Source of the DNA: Harriotta raleighana
Lineage: Eukaryota
Assembly (NCBI GenBank): GCA_050575255.1
Contig: JBNZDD010013599.1
Location: 1,987,053 to 2,051,052, forward strand
Direction: 5' to 3'
DNA: 64,000 nt
The notes below the pieces were generated by a model. It saw nothing but the letters and a program-made list of their open reading frames with translations, was not told the DNA's origin and made no database searches. Shown here in pieces: positions 28,303 through 43,300 of this stretch. Numbering within the stretch: position 1 is the stretch's first letter; the number at the start of each line of letters is the position of its first letter. The position numbers were made by a program, and so were the translations under genes.

Positions 28303-31300
28303 CTAAAATCAAAGCGGACAAGGAACTCCGATTAACCGACCTCACCAAAAGGTTTTCACGTTTCACGTGTGGTGTGTGCGTGTGTGTGTGTTTGGAAAAG
28401 CCTTCCAGACCTATGTTCAAACCCATCAGAATGACAGAAGCAATTGAGTGCAAATATAGTTCTGCAGTAGAAAAAGATAGAGTAAGTAGCATGTATCTGA
28501 ATAAAATTAACAGCAAATATGTGTACAGAAATAAGACAATTTAAAGGCTTGGTTGGTGGAAAGAACATTCCCCATTATTTTGTGGGGCTTGAATAGGAAA
28601 CTTCAAAGCTCTATCCTTGCTTGTCGCTTGTTAATCTTGATGCATCGCCTCTAATTTCTGTGCTCGCAACCCAAGTCAAACAAGCTGTTCACATCTACCT
28701 TAACTGTGCAACCCTTTTCTTNGCTTGTTAATCTTGATGCATCGCCTCTAATTTCTGTGCTCGCAACTCAAGTCAAACAAGCTGTTCACATCTACCTTAA
28801 CTGTGCAACCCTTTTCTTGCAACTTGCAATCACCTTTACAGAGAGCTCTTTATGAACTCTCTCGCCATTGCTCAATTGTCCTCTGGGAAGTATAGGGTTG
28901 CAAAAATCTCCACAGGATGTGGCTTCATGAGTAGCCCGTGTAAGACTAAAATAACAATTTGACTTTGTGGGGCTGTGAAGAATTCCAAACAATGAAGAAT
29001 CATTCCATTAGCTGAATTCTCTCCCAGTTACACACATTAAATCGCTATCTAGAGGAAAGCCAAGGCCGTTTTCAAAGACTCTCAAGATGGAACCTTTAGA
29101 TTTAATTAGATTCGCTAACTTTTTTTCCTTCTGCTTTTGGATCTCTTCATCATAAGTATACCTTCACTATTTTCTGTTCCACTACGCAATACAGTACTGT
29201 ACCTTTGATTCAGTTGTATCTGGGGCTTCTGTTTTTAGTGCAGTGAGTGTTTCATGTTATTATACTTTAGATTGTATTTACTTTAACAAGTACTTTTGAC
29301 AAAGGCAATCGTCGATGTCTTTTTTTTCCACGATGAGAAGAAAATGGGACCCAACGAACTTCAAGCAGTTCAGGGTTGAAATCAAGCCTATGGCACAAGG
29401 TCAGTGATAAGCAGATGCAAAGGAATTCTCTCTTACCAGTGGCCTGATCTCGTTCAGGTGGATCAGTCTCCCTCTCACTCCATTCATGCTGAAGTAGAAT
29501 GCCTTGAGCGCTTTTGCAAACTCAGCATCCCAGTTGGGAAAGGGTGACTTTAGGTTGGACCTATTGTCAGTTAATTTCGCTGCGTTCCCGCATGCAACTG
29601 AGGGCACAGATTTAAGGTAATCACAAAAGGAATTAAAAGGGGAGGTTGTAAACATCAAATCTTTTCTCAAAGAGAGAGCAGTCGGGACTGCAATTCTCTA
29701 CCACAAACTATTGTCGGGCAGAGATCATAAATTATTCAAAAAGCCAACTACAGTAGATTGATACTCAGGAAAAAAAAGAGGATGATGAAAGAGTACGGTG
29801 ACCAAGCAATAGAGTGGGATTAGATTGGATTACTCAAGCAGAGGAACACACTAGCAGAGTCGTGATGGGTCAAATGGCCCTGTTTCTGGGCTGTAATATT
29901 CTGAGATTCTGTAATGATAAGTTAAGATTTAATTGAGGGCAAAGGAATGAGTGAAAGATCCAGTAGTGAGCAAAGCAGAGCACAACACGCAACTGACACT
30001 AACTGCTGCTATCGTGGTCTGAGGCCAGTATTCTCAGCTCTGCTGCTTTCCCTCGTATATCAAAGTTGTCGCGTTTCAGGATGCGATTTGCTTCCCTCAA
30101 GCCCGCAGTTTCCTGCTCCAGCGTTTTGAGTTGCTTGGATAGTTTGAGTCTGTGCTCTTCATAATCCTGAATTGGCAACAGACAGCAAAGTATGTTCAAT
30201 GCGTTGGATCGTCTGGGATTATTATCCTCTCTGGCCTCTCACTCGCAGGAAAAGAGGTAAAGCATTAATGGTATGGATGCAAACAGTGGGCAACACAGTT
30301 ACTTTTTATCAAACATACCAGTGGCTCAGATGTCTGTTGGTTCCTGTAGCACAAATCTAGTAGAACACTTCCATCGCTTGAGAGTGGGATGCCATCAAAT
30401 ACAGTATCCATTTCCTGGCAGCCTTCTGACATACAACATAATGATTGTTTGTGGTCGATTAGGTTCGTGCAAATAACTCTCCCACCCAGAAATATTTCAT
30501 TTTAAAGAGGCAATAAATCTTCACGGATCGAAACTTGACAAAAGAATGGGGTAAAACTTGCGGTGTTCATTAATCCATTGCTGCAATTAACATTAACATT
30601 AACATGGAAACCTCGAAAATCCTTCACCAAAAGTGTTTTTCCTCTTGGCAAAAAGATCCAACGACTTTTTTGCTGAAGTAATTGAAGTAAAGTATTCCCT
30701 GGAAGCAAATCCGACTGTGATAGCCAATATACATACCTTGGAGGCCCCAGAGTTGCAGCACCAGAGCCTGGGTTTTCAGATAACTGAGGAAATCCGTGGT
30801 GATATGTTGAACAGTGAAGCGCATCGAATAATCCAGATCGGGGTTTGCGTTGCTCCAGGCCGCAGGGGTGTAGAATACGGTAGGAAAGTCATACAGCTCA
30901 AATCTACAACACACGAATCATCACACTACCATTTGGGGAGATGCCAGTGAGGAGCTCGATATTCAATCAATGATGTTATGAATGAATAGCAATGCTTATA
31001 CGCACAGTTAAATCAACGCAAGAACAACTTGGATTTATATAGCGCCTTCCACGCCGGACGGAGTCTCCNCAATCAACGACAACAAGAACAACTTGGATTT
31101 ATATAGCGCCTTCCACGCCGGACGGAGTCTCCGAGCGCTTCAAATCTGGTGCTTTGTAAATTTTGTGATGGTGTGTAAGAGAGACAGACAGACATTTGGA
31201 TACTAGAGGTAATTCAGAGGTATGGTAAAATGTGAGCATTCGGATTAAAATATCTGCTAAAATTCAAGAAACTGATGGACTGAATGGCCTTATCCTGTTC

Positions 31301-34300
31301 TATGCTGAAATAGGTTTCTACTTGTGAGTGATTTATATCTGCAGATCTAAATTACATTGATTTATATTTACTATTCTATTGCAAAAACTATATCTATATC
31401 AGAATTGTTACAATGGCGGTTTGTTCCAAATTTCTATTGATGCATTTTAAACATTAACCTTTCTTCACACACAGTGCAGTGTGATAAGCAGCGTATAAAC
31501 AGAAGAGAAAAAAGCCACAGTGATTTTCAAAGCAGCAGGACTGAAGAGTGATCTTATAGAGTTATTGTTAGTCTTTTGCTCATTCCATGATCTCTAATAT
31601 CCTCAAACAATTCTTAAAATAGTTTAATACAGTAGTTTAAAAGTAGATACATAGATCTTAGCTACAATAATAAATAAGATAACAGTCATTAAATTATGAG
31701 TGATGTGCATTATTGATGCACCTCTAGCCACAATGGTTTGCAGTTCAGATTGAATTTGGTTGGGCTTTTAGCGAACAGACCAGAAGAGGAACTTGCACGT
31801 GAAAATGATCGATGGGGATCAATGGCGGACTTCCATCAAACAAATAACATCTTCCAGTTGTCTCTAGTTATCGCTGTGGCTTCAGGAGGCCCAGTGAAAG
31901 AGCGCATCGCGAATGCCAACAGCTTGAGTCTGCTGTTGAGTCAGCCCAGCTAATTGGATTGAAACCTCAGGTGTTCGGAGCCATTTGCAATACCCCTGGT
32001 GGTTTGAGATAAAAGCCGGGATTTCTCACCCAATTTGAACTCCTCTACTGCTGTTCTCGCGGATCCACCTCACTCCCAAACACAGACTAATCTGCATTTG
32101 AAAGTCCATGCGTTTCCCCAGAAGATTATCAGGATCAACAACGACAGATTCCTCTCCCAATGGACTAAACAAAGAGTACACACATCAAATTAGTTGCTGT
32201 TCCTACTGTAATTGCGGCTTCTCTCAAGGTGTTCACGTTCAAGAGATTGCAAACTGTGTTCTCTCCACCCATATTGTTGTAAAATTGTGCTACATAGAAA
32301 TATGTTGTTGTATCACAGGCATCTTATTCACAGAAAACAAAAGAATGATAAACATTTAATGTACAGTACATAGTCCACTAAAGAATCAGAAATGTACAAT
32401 TATATATATATACATATACATATAGATATTAGGATGTGCTCGATGTTCTTGTGATAAATCAATTTATTTGTTTGATTTACTAGCTGGCAGAAAGTGACAT
32501 TTTGCCCACATGAATGGGGAGAAAATTTACTCTTATTTATGTCAAATGATTAGAATTTGGCAGATTGTTGAATTCCTGCAAAAGTACTTCGAGGCGAATG
32601 ACCTTAATGTTAAAGCTGTGGATGAAAAATTTCCTTTCCTTTCTCCACATGCCTGATAATAATCCCTCAAGAAATCAAATTGGTCATTTCAATCCACGAA
32701 TGTTTGTGGGGACGCTGCTGTGCACAATTAGCTGCTTGGTTTCGCCCACAAATTTACAGTCAATTCACTTTACGGTATATTCTGTGAAGCAGAATATTTT
32801 CCTACAAAATACAGTCACTACACTTGCAGTAAATCCTACCTAGTACTTTAACACATCCTCACAATGTGAAAGGCCCCGAATCAAATGCAAGGATTATTAT
32901 TGCTTCATAGCTAGCGGCTGTTACATGAATGATGCAATTTTATAAGCATATTTTCAAGTTTGAATTTGTATCAGAATCCACAAACATATCTTAATTTGTC
33001 AGAAATGAAAATTGAAACAACAAATTATAAGGCAACAGCCAAATCCGAAAATAAAAATAGTCACTAGTTATCATTATGATACATATGAAGGGCTATGAAC
33101 ACGTCCACACTTACAAATTTCTACCAAGTGAATACTTAGTTTGCCCTGAATACACATTTACTATATTTATAGCGCACATTCACATTATCCTCTCGTTCTC
33201 ACACAGCTGCTCTTATGTGGGTTCATAATTTAATCGTATTTTTATGTAAATAGTTAAGAACCTTGTAAATCTACAGCATATGTTTTGTGTAAATGTAGGA
33301 ATAGTGTTTTCATGGCCCTCCGACTCACCCCATCCCTCCTCTCATTCAAGGCCTGACTCCGAACGTACAAGTCTTCTTTGACTATGTTTACCTTTCACCT
33401 TCCACTGCCCTCACCCTCCTCACAGCTCCCACACGTGGCTTGGGAAAACAGCCAGCATTCTCAAGGCAAGTAGTTTGCAACATCCTCCTGATGTGAAAGT
33501 TTTAACTAAGTTTAAACTGTATGCTATGAGTTAGGATTTGGTCCTGCAATGGGCAGTGTTCTATGGAGGGACACTGAGGTTTTTTATTTTCCTTTATAAT
33601 GTCCTACTATTCTGGGTCTCGAGCTGCCAAATAAAAACTATTTGTCATCCTCTCAATCCACCTTGGCCTTTTAAATTTCTTAATTTGGATTCAGGGGGAT
33701 CTCATTTTTTCCCCCAGTTGTTTATTCCTGCAGACAACGCACCATTCGAGTCATGTCTAAGCTTGCTCAGGCACGCTCATGAGAAAACCCTGGCCAGTTG
33801 TGTCTCAATTCCTATTTGTAAGAAAGATATTTTCTTTCATCCAATGCACATTTCTCTAATCATTCATACATCATGCACGAGGCTGTATTTAAAACATAAT
33901 CTGCTAATTTGGGCATCCTACTTTAAGAAGAGCATTTCTGCATTGGAGATGGATAAGGGAAGTTTGGGGTCTTGAGTTTAGGGAGAGACTTGCAGAACTG
34001 AACTTATTGGAGAACTGATTCAGAGGGGAACAGTGACAGAGATATTTTAAACAATGAGAGGTTGAAATGATATGGATGTAACCAGTCATCTGGCTCGAAT
34101 GAAAACACAGAGCTGGAAGATATGAGTTCAACCATGAACATGCCTCAAACAACAACTTTCAGTTATTGTTTTAAGTCAATTGATGCTGTTATGATTAAGT
34201 CCTTCAAGGAGAGTTGTATAAATACCTGTTTGGATTAGCACTGAAAGTTATATGGATAGTTCTTGCTGAAATAACAATAATGCATCCATTTGATATAGCA

Positions 34301-37300
34301 CTTTCCCATGTCTTCAATAGTCCTACTATTTTTTTTTTAAAAAGATTAAATTATTCACTTAACTTGAGTTACAAATCTGAAATGATGATTGTGATCTTAC
34401 TCTCCACTCGGTGTGCAGGTTAGCAGTTTGATCTGAATCACTGCTTCTTCCTGTCCTCGATAGTTATTTATGTCCACCTGGTCTTCAAAGGTCATACAGT
34501 AGGCCAAAGGTTCCAGCCACACATGAGCACTGCATTCACATAAGCAATGCATTCACATAAGGAGCAGAAACACACACGGGGAACAAGAATAACACAAATG
34601 GCAGTCTTAAGCATGCAATGCTGAAGATCTAAACAGTCTGTAAATATTGGGATTTCCACACTTAAAGAAGAAACAAACAAAAATTTTTTAACTGGTCAAA
34701 CGTAACGGGTAACAGGTTGAAAAACAGATGGTAAAAAAGAGAACTCAATTCGGATTCTCACTGATGTACCTCCCGAGATGCAACGACTCGATAGGGTCCC
34801 AGAATACATCTTCTTCCAGATCAGTCTGGGTTTCTCCACTTTCCACAAAGTGTTGGTAAACTTCTTCAATCAAAGGCATTCGATCGGTGAACTTGTCCAG
34901 CAACCAGACTTCAACCTTGGAATAAAATAAACCAACTGTTGTTTCCGTCACATGAAACACACAGAAACACACACACACACCACACACATATACTCACATA
35001 CATACGCTCACTGTACACAATCTGCTCTGTTCATATTTCTGACATGTTCTTTGTTTTGTCTGACACTATTGAAATCACACATTCTCGTTGAAGGAAGAGA
35101 CGTTACAAGTGTGATATTGGGGGGTCCAGCATACCCCTAAGCAATAACACTAGTAAATTGGGAAATCCCATACTAAACATGCATGAAAGATTCACTGGTG
35201 TTAACTTGTGATATGTGTCAGATCCCATTTAGACGTTAACCCTTCATCCATGATTTAGTTGGACTACAGTAATGTGAATGGTTTGTTGCTTCTGGAAAAG
35301 ACAAGAGAGTTTCTTCCATTATCCTGGCTCCCAAATAAAATTGATCATTGACTACATGTTTCATTGTGGGACCTAGAGTGGGAAAATTGCTACCATGTAC
35401 ACCAATTACAGTCATTAGATGCACGATTAATTTTGTGTAATGCTTTGAGATGTCCTCCCAATGTGAAAGCCATTATATCAAATGTAAAGCTCATCATCAT
35501 TACTATTGCACAGATTCACTCAGACTGAGCTGACTCACCTGTTTGGTTAGTTTGTTCGTTACCTTCACAATAATTTCTTTTTCCAACTCCTCTCCCTTGG
35601 CATCAGTCAGTGCCAAGTTTTTTATCTCTGGTTCGAAGATAACACCCTTTGAAAAGGGATAGAAACAGGGTAGGAATTGTTAATGCATTTAATTACTACC
35701 CCTGCGTCTTTCATCTTTTCTCTCTTCGTCAGTATGCCACCCCAAACCCCGTTTAAATGTAAGATAAGTGGGGGTCTTCCAGACATTTGCTAATGCCATT
35801 CTATACCTGGCTGCTAAGAGACAGGAATTATTTTTTCCGGGGAAAAACTGTTCTGTTGAGCTTTTCTCCTCCAAAAGACAATGTTCAAAAANCTGTGAAA
35901 AACTGTTCTGTTGAGCTTTTCTCCTCCAAAAGACAATGTTCAAAAAAATGTAATTTTGTTGTTGTTTAGCTATAGACTTGGCACATCCCCTATGATCACC
36001 TAACTAGTATAGGGAGTTTCCCGGAAATTTCCCCTTGTATGGTATGGAAACGCACACTCTCTCCCTGGAGAGACACACCTAGTTTACCTAATTCTGGAGT
36101 ACGAGGCACTTGGTCGGCAAGAGCCAAGTCTTGGAGCTTTATCCACTAAAATCGAATAGCCTGCCACTGAAAACTGTATGCCCACCTTTCAGTGCTTGCC
36201 ATATGTCTTTGTCTAACTAGGTTCACTTGTGCTAGCTTGGCCTGGTTAATAGGAGACATGTAGGAGGCATCCTTCCCCTCAGTGATATGTCATTGTAAAT
36301 TGTCTGAATTTAGTGTTCCGAATCTGCCCCAGACTCATCCACTGGGGCAGGTTTTGTTCCTAAGCTGAGTTCCTTGGTGCTCCCAGCGGTATTAATAAGG
36401 AAAGTGCACTTAATCTACCCACACAGATTTGATTAATAAGCTCTCATGAGTACACCAGGTTTTAGCATAATCATGGCATTAACAAATTAAAGTCAAAGGC
36501 CCTTTCTGAAATGATAACAAGAAATGAACAAATGTACCTTGTTAAGTTCCTCACTTATTTGGTTTGCCCAAGCCACTGACGGCATGATTGAGATAAAATC
36601 CTGGATAATTCTTGTCAAATTAGGATCCAGATTTTCTTTCTGCTTTCCGCCTGCCACTGAAAAAATAAATGGGAGGCATTTATTCTGTTGATAGATAAAG
36701 GCAGTTATTCAACCAATAATGAAAAAAAACAAGATAACAGAGAACATTGGAAGAGGTAACTGATATCTGGAACCAGTGCAAAATGAAATACAAAAAGGCA
36801 GCTTTGCTCCTTACTCATTGGCTGGTTAGAGCCAAGAACGTCAGACATAAAATGACCAAAACAATACTTTTAATAATAATTCATAATGTTTAAACAACTT
36901 GAAAGAAAATGTTTAAAGATTTAGATTAAAAACAAAACATTGGGTATTCAAAAAGGATAGAATTTGATTTGGTGCACAGCTCATGACATGAAAAGCACTA
37001 TACAGATGTAATTTTGTATTTAATTGTTGTAGAAGCTGTAGGATAGTTTGTGCTGCTCCTATGCTGGGTATAGACTCTCGTGTATTGGTGAAAGACTAAT
37101 TCTGTGCTGGGCTAAGGAGGACGGTTCCATAGAGTGGAGGCTCGCATGGAGTATAAACACCAGCAATTAATAGTTGGTCTGAATGGTCTGTTTAATGATT
37201 TACATGTACTTTGTAATACCATGTATACGTTGGCTTTTGGGATAGCACAAGAAGAGGCAGATATTGTCTCTCGCCAAAGTAGAAACCATTTGATCAGAGT

Positions 37301-40300
37301 GAGCAATACCCTGTTAGCCAAATGCAATTGCAACCAATGATATTCCATTGATTGATATTTGGTAGGATGTTGAATGAGCCAGATATTCCCCACTCACCCA
37401 CACTAAGCCAAATTAAGCCTCATTATGTTCCACAATTGCCTCACCCATCCCACCCCCAAACCACGCTTATACCCCCCCCCCAAATGTGGGTCCCTAATCA
37501 TCAAAATACAACATTGACCTGATTCCTTGCTTCGGGACCACTCTAGCAAGTAAACAAAGGAATGTGAGCTTAGTTCCACTGAAACCTTTGTCCTTTGGAA
37601 GCTAAATATTTATCACTTTGTCTCCATCCTCCCCCCGCCCCCCCCCCCCCATGCATTTACCTTTTCTTTATCTCTACTCTGTCATGGTTGCTCACCTCCT
37701 TGAATTCTTGTTACAGCTGGCAGGGCAGCTGAACGGCCCAAGGATGCGTCCATGACAGCTGACACCAATGGTGCTCTAAGACTCAACTGACAGAAAGTGC
37801 AGTAACTGAGAAATGAGACAGTCAAATGTGTCAGAGTGACATCCCCAACCCCCCCACCCCCATTTGGCAGATTGAAGTGTCAACACTCAGGCCAGAACCA
37901 CAGAGCTGTGAAGCAGAGGTTTGTGATGTTTCTGGTGCTGGTGGTAACACGAGAAGTCAGCTTCTGGTTTCATTCACAGACATCACAGCCGGTCACCTGT
38001 CGGTTGCCAGTTACCCCATAAAATGGATATCTAGGCATTGCTCGAAAGAGATTTCGAATGGACATTGTATGGAAGTATGACGTAGAAGACGTTTTTGGGG
38101 AATCTGAAGACTTACTGCCATTGTCTCTATTCGTATAACTCAAATACAACGAGAATGTAGAGTACTTAGAATATCATCATATTGTTATTGTTATTCATGG
38201 TAAAAAAAACACACGAGTCTCTGAGGTTTTCAGAATGAACAATAGGACTGTATAAATGGAACAATAACCTATCCTTCACCCTTTAAGTTGAGTGAAATTG
38301 TTGCGTTTATCATCTAAGAATAGTGTATAACATCAATCCTTTGTTGCAATTAAAATGAAGCACACCTGGATTCACTTGTCCAAATCCTTCATTCGATGCA
38401 AGTTCAGAAGCAAAGTATTCATAATTGTATTTGTGGATTTTATCTCTGTCCCTTCTTTCATTTGGGAAACCCACGAATATGTAGAATGAGCTGGAGCCTA
38501 ATATAACTCTGTCCTATACGGAGGAAAACAGAACTGTGACCTGCTATAATAATAATAAACTATTATTGTCTTACTATTACAATGCCTCAGCTAACATAAC
38601 TTACAACTTGCTATGTCTATCTGAATTGGTTGAAAATATATTATTACACTGAATTGTACTGAGATGAAAAACTTTCACATTTTAATTCAACTATAAATGC
38701 ATCAGTCACCACTTCATTCTGCTTCAAGTTGGTCAGTTACTGTATTAATAATAATCCTTGCATTTGATATTGTGCTTTTCACATCTTTGAGATGTCTCAA
38801 AGCGCTTCACAGAATATACTGCAGACTGTAGTGACTGTATAATTGTGGGCGAAACGCAGGGCTGTGTGCCACAAAGTCGTGGATTGAAAAGACCGATTTT
38901 TCTTTTTTGAGGGATTATTATCAGGCCTACGGAGTAAAGGAATTTACCCAAGGTTTCGTCCTGCCTGGAATCAAACCCAGATCTCTCATTTGCAAGGCGA
39001 GTGCTCTAACCACTGAGCTACATGACTCCACCACGTTACTATCAAATAAACTACTCTAGTACAAGTGCGTACATTTGAGTGCACATATGCTCAGCAATCC
39101 CTTTGCTTTGAATTTAATAAAGTTGAAGAACCACGTTACATTCACGTATAACTGCATCTAAGCACATGAAGATCCATCGCTTACTAAATGACGCAGCTGA
39201 TATGTTGTTAGAAGTGGCGAGCCATTGATGATAACTCTGGCTTTGCTTTGGGGCTCGATTCCAACTTTCTGGACACAAACTGTTAGCACTGCATGTTTAT
39301 CCAGGATACTGAAAAATACAACGTGTGAAATTTGAAAGTTAAGTGAATCAACTTTAGCTCAACACACTTTGTAAACGTGTCGTAAGTTCTCAGAGAGTCT
39401 GCAAATCTTTCTCAGGAAAGTGGGTCCTTGATTTTGCACAGCAAGTGTCGTTGGATTTAATGTCAGCAGTGATGATAACGGAAGATTCTTCCTCACGGAG
39501 AAATAGGAAACTAGGGCAGGCTACGCCCAAGAAAAGAACAGAAACTGGCAGAAGGCTGAAAGATGGTTACGAGCGCACAAATCTCGGGGGGAGAACAGTG
39601 TTGGATAGAGAAAGCCACGAAGAAAGAGAAAAAAAGATGAATAAACAATGAACTGAAAATCAACTGTTCCAGGAGTTTATTCCTGTAGGTGTGGGATTTT
39701 CTACCTAAAGTAAATTTCTCTGTCAATTTCTCTTTAATCCACAAAGTGGCCAGATGGTAGATTAGCTCCCCAGATCTCTGTCCATTCCACTCTGAGGGAA
39801 CCTTAGGAACTGTGTGAGAACAGTCTGTGGGGAATCCTCAATTTGTGGATACACAAAGGTACAGCTGAGATTTGTGGATGAACTAGTTTCATATCATTCA
39901 GAGCAACAATATATTGGAATCTCAACAAGATCTGTCACAGGGATGTGACAGAATTTGTCGAAGTTCCAATATACTGTCAAGCGACGTGAACTAAAGCTCC
40001 GGAATTAATCTGGCCATGATACCGGAAAATGATCAATTCTCTTACCACCTCTTAAAAAAAATGTTTACTCAAAAAGTATACTGGGTAAAGTAAGCGTGCT
40101 TCTCCTTGTAATCAGTATGTGAAACACAAAAGTGAGTTCAATGCTGCAATAGCGAGACAACCCATATACGTTTCATTGCTCGGGCCAAATTTGATTGAAT
40201 CTTAAATCAAGTTTTCCAAACTATTTAGTGTCCACAACTCCAAATGCTTGCGGTACATTGTATTTCAGGTACTTGGATCCTTCACGGTGAAATGCAAGTT

Positions 40301-43300
40301 AGAACAGACTGAGCAATTTAATCATCATTTAATGAATTCAACAATAAGGAAACCGCTTGATCTGAAAACAATACTGATCTTTATCGGGCTCATCAGGATT
40401 GATGTAAATTAGAAATTGATCAAATCCATCATTAATATGTGGTATTACCACATATATGCAATATATGCCTTTGCTAATTTATAGTTGTATTTACCCTCAC
40501 AAGTATCAAATAGTGAAGCTGACTTCTAATTCTTAAATTTGTGCTTCAAATGCATAAAACCACTCTCAGCTCAGTCTCTTCCCAGAAACATTCAGAAGTA
40601 TCTACTTATCATAGATAGATAGATTTCTAGCATGCATCTGAGACATGTAGTGAGGTGTCAGAGGCACACTAAGACAAAGGTTGGCATTTCGTGGAAGAAT
40701 CATGCATCACAAAGAGAATCCTGTATGAAGTAAAGGATCATTAAGCCCTAGGAACAGATGGAAGTAACATCCTACAAATACTTGAATTGATTCGTTATTA
40801 ATTTAATCATCTTTAAAAGTCATAGTAAATGCTGATTGACCTTGCTATGTGATTAAGGACTGGAGGGGGCAGATTTGATTGCATGTCACGATTACTTGAA
40901 AAAATGAAATGAAATGTAAATGATCAAACTTAATCAGTTTCTTTAATGGACAATGATTTTTGACACATATGGAGTGCTAAATATATAAACCTAAATAACT
41001 AAGATTAATAGCATACTCTCGGGGAGGAATCCTGTTCTACTCGAATCCTATAGCATTTCAGAGAGTGTGGCAAATTGTCGAATTCAATTTTAACTCTGAA
41101 TCAAAATGGTTTCAACCCGAAGGTTATACAGCATTTAAGAATTTCCCAAATTCCAAACCTGGGTGGAAATTCTCTCAGTTGGTGCCTCGTTACATTTTAA
41201 ATGCCTTTCTTCTGAACGTTTTTGACGTACCTGTGCTCTTCAGAAAGAACAACGGATAAGAGAAACCAGTAATCAGCTTTGACTTACCCAAGCCCTTTCA
41301 GAACAATGTCCTTCTCCACAACGGATGTTCGACCTATTGTGCAAATGCCTGCAATATTAAAATAATGCTCTGCTTTCAATGACCAGAGTTTGCTTGTTGT
41401 AGACCATTATTATACGCTTCATTATAAGCTTCCTGCTCAGCTCTCAGCGAGAAGCCAACTAATTCATTTGCAAATTTCACTCGGTAATATGAACCACAGG
41501 GAATACATGCAAAAATCATTACAAATAATAAGTTGCAAATCAATGCGATTCAGTTCTCTTTCTTTTAACCATTTCAGGCATGAACCGAGTGTTTCAACAC
41601 AACCCCACACAACACGCTTGGGAGCGTCAAATGAGATAGATTCAAATCTTTTTGCACAGTCATGGGTTTAACTCTCGGTAGCCATTGAACGGAAACGGCC
41701 TAAGACGATTAGACGGTTTGGAAACTGATCAATGTTACTGTTAGTCATATGTGACGGAGTCCCTCTCGTTCTCTTTGTCCTACCATTTTGAATAAAGTGT
41801 CGAACCACTCCAGACAGTTGTGGGTCTTCATTGACATTCAGCAAATAGGGAAACTCCGACATCATTTTCTCTTCCTGGAAAATAAAAACACGCAAGTTCA
41901 CTTCACTTCTACTTCTCTAGATTTTAAGCATTGAAAAAGAAAATTAACATGGTTAGTTAGACAGAGGATTATTCAATTGTAAAGCATAAAAGAGAGGAAT
42001 TCGATGGATTTCTAATATTAACCCATTATTATTTAATAGATTTTCAGGTTCATCATTGGAATCTTATTTTCCATCGCTGCCAAAAGAATGTTTCTGTTTG
42101 CTTTTGGGTCACTTAACTGTGCTCTTGTCAGCTCCAAGTGGATTGTAAACGATTATTGGGGGATACATATAAAGCAGACATACAAATGAGCAATCCTCCC
42201 TGTAATGGTACTTCTCAAAGAATTTTTAAAGCAAATCAGTTCTGTTCCGCTTCACAAATTAGAATTTTTTTTTCAAAAGTGCCATTTTGCATTGGATTAA
42301 CATCAATTAAAAGACTGCATGACAATATTAAATGAGACTGAAACCTCTAAGGAAGATAGGGATCTAAAACATACTTAATTTAATCAAGCTGCACGATTAG
42401 GAAAGATAAACAGTAAATCATTGCACTTAGTATCTTAAGCAGAAATTCTTTTTGAAGATTAAATTGCAAAAATCGTTCGTCTTAAATTAATGCCTAAATG
42501 CATTTCCTTGGGGTGGGTGGGGGTGCGGATGAGATGGTGGTGGGGGGTGGTGTTCAACAGAGTAGAGCCTCTCCCTTCTACCAGGAGGTAAAGAACTAAC
42601 AATTATCAAATACTCCTCAGGCAATGAAGGGTATTATAGGATATTGCAGACCCAGTTAAAATGGGACCCATCTCCAAAGTCTAATGGTTGATTAGCATTC
42701 CAATAAGAGCAGCGTTAGAATTAATGCATTATTGGGACTTCCAACACAGGTGGTGAATATATATTGCAGTATATTGCATTTACAAAACACACCAAAATAC
42801 TGCACAATGTCATGAGTAGATGACAACAGCAATTTTAAACCTTGGAGTACGAAGAAACTAGTGATCCTCAATATCAGAGGTTGTAAAATAAAATATACTC
42901 TACTTAGAATAGCTAGTAGACCGTATGAATGGAGAAAAGAAGAGTGAATCCCTGAACGCTTACCTTTATAATGCTGGAATATTGCTGTTCCCATTCTCTC
43001 TTTGCTTCTTCTAACTTCTGTTGCCATGATTTCTGCATCTCTTTTAATCGCGTTTCATTATCCGTGATTAGTCTTCGAAGAGTCTCTAATTTTGAACAGA
43101 CATCATGATTGCCTCTAATTTGTTCTGGTTACTCTATTGCCATTAATGAGCACCAGAATAAGATACCCATAACTGGCTGAATACAACAGCTCAAGCAGTA
43201 TATTCAAAGTAAACCTTCAGAAATGCCAAAACGCTTCCAAAGGATTCTGTTTCTTAATTTATCAGTTTAGAGATTCTACGCAGGGCATATGGAAATTCAT

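Noticed and set aside
33538-33975. 145-aa + strand ORF in a kinesin intron
   Set aside because: No recognisable motifs or splice support; the end overlaps a probable CR1 scrap.
40435-40455. 10-bp inverted repeat ATATGTGGTA-T-TACCACATAT
   Set aside because: AT-rich and isolated; plausible by chance in 64 kb.
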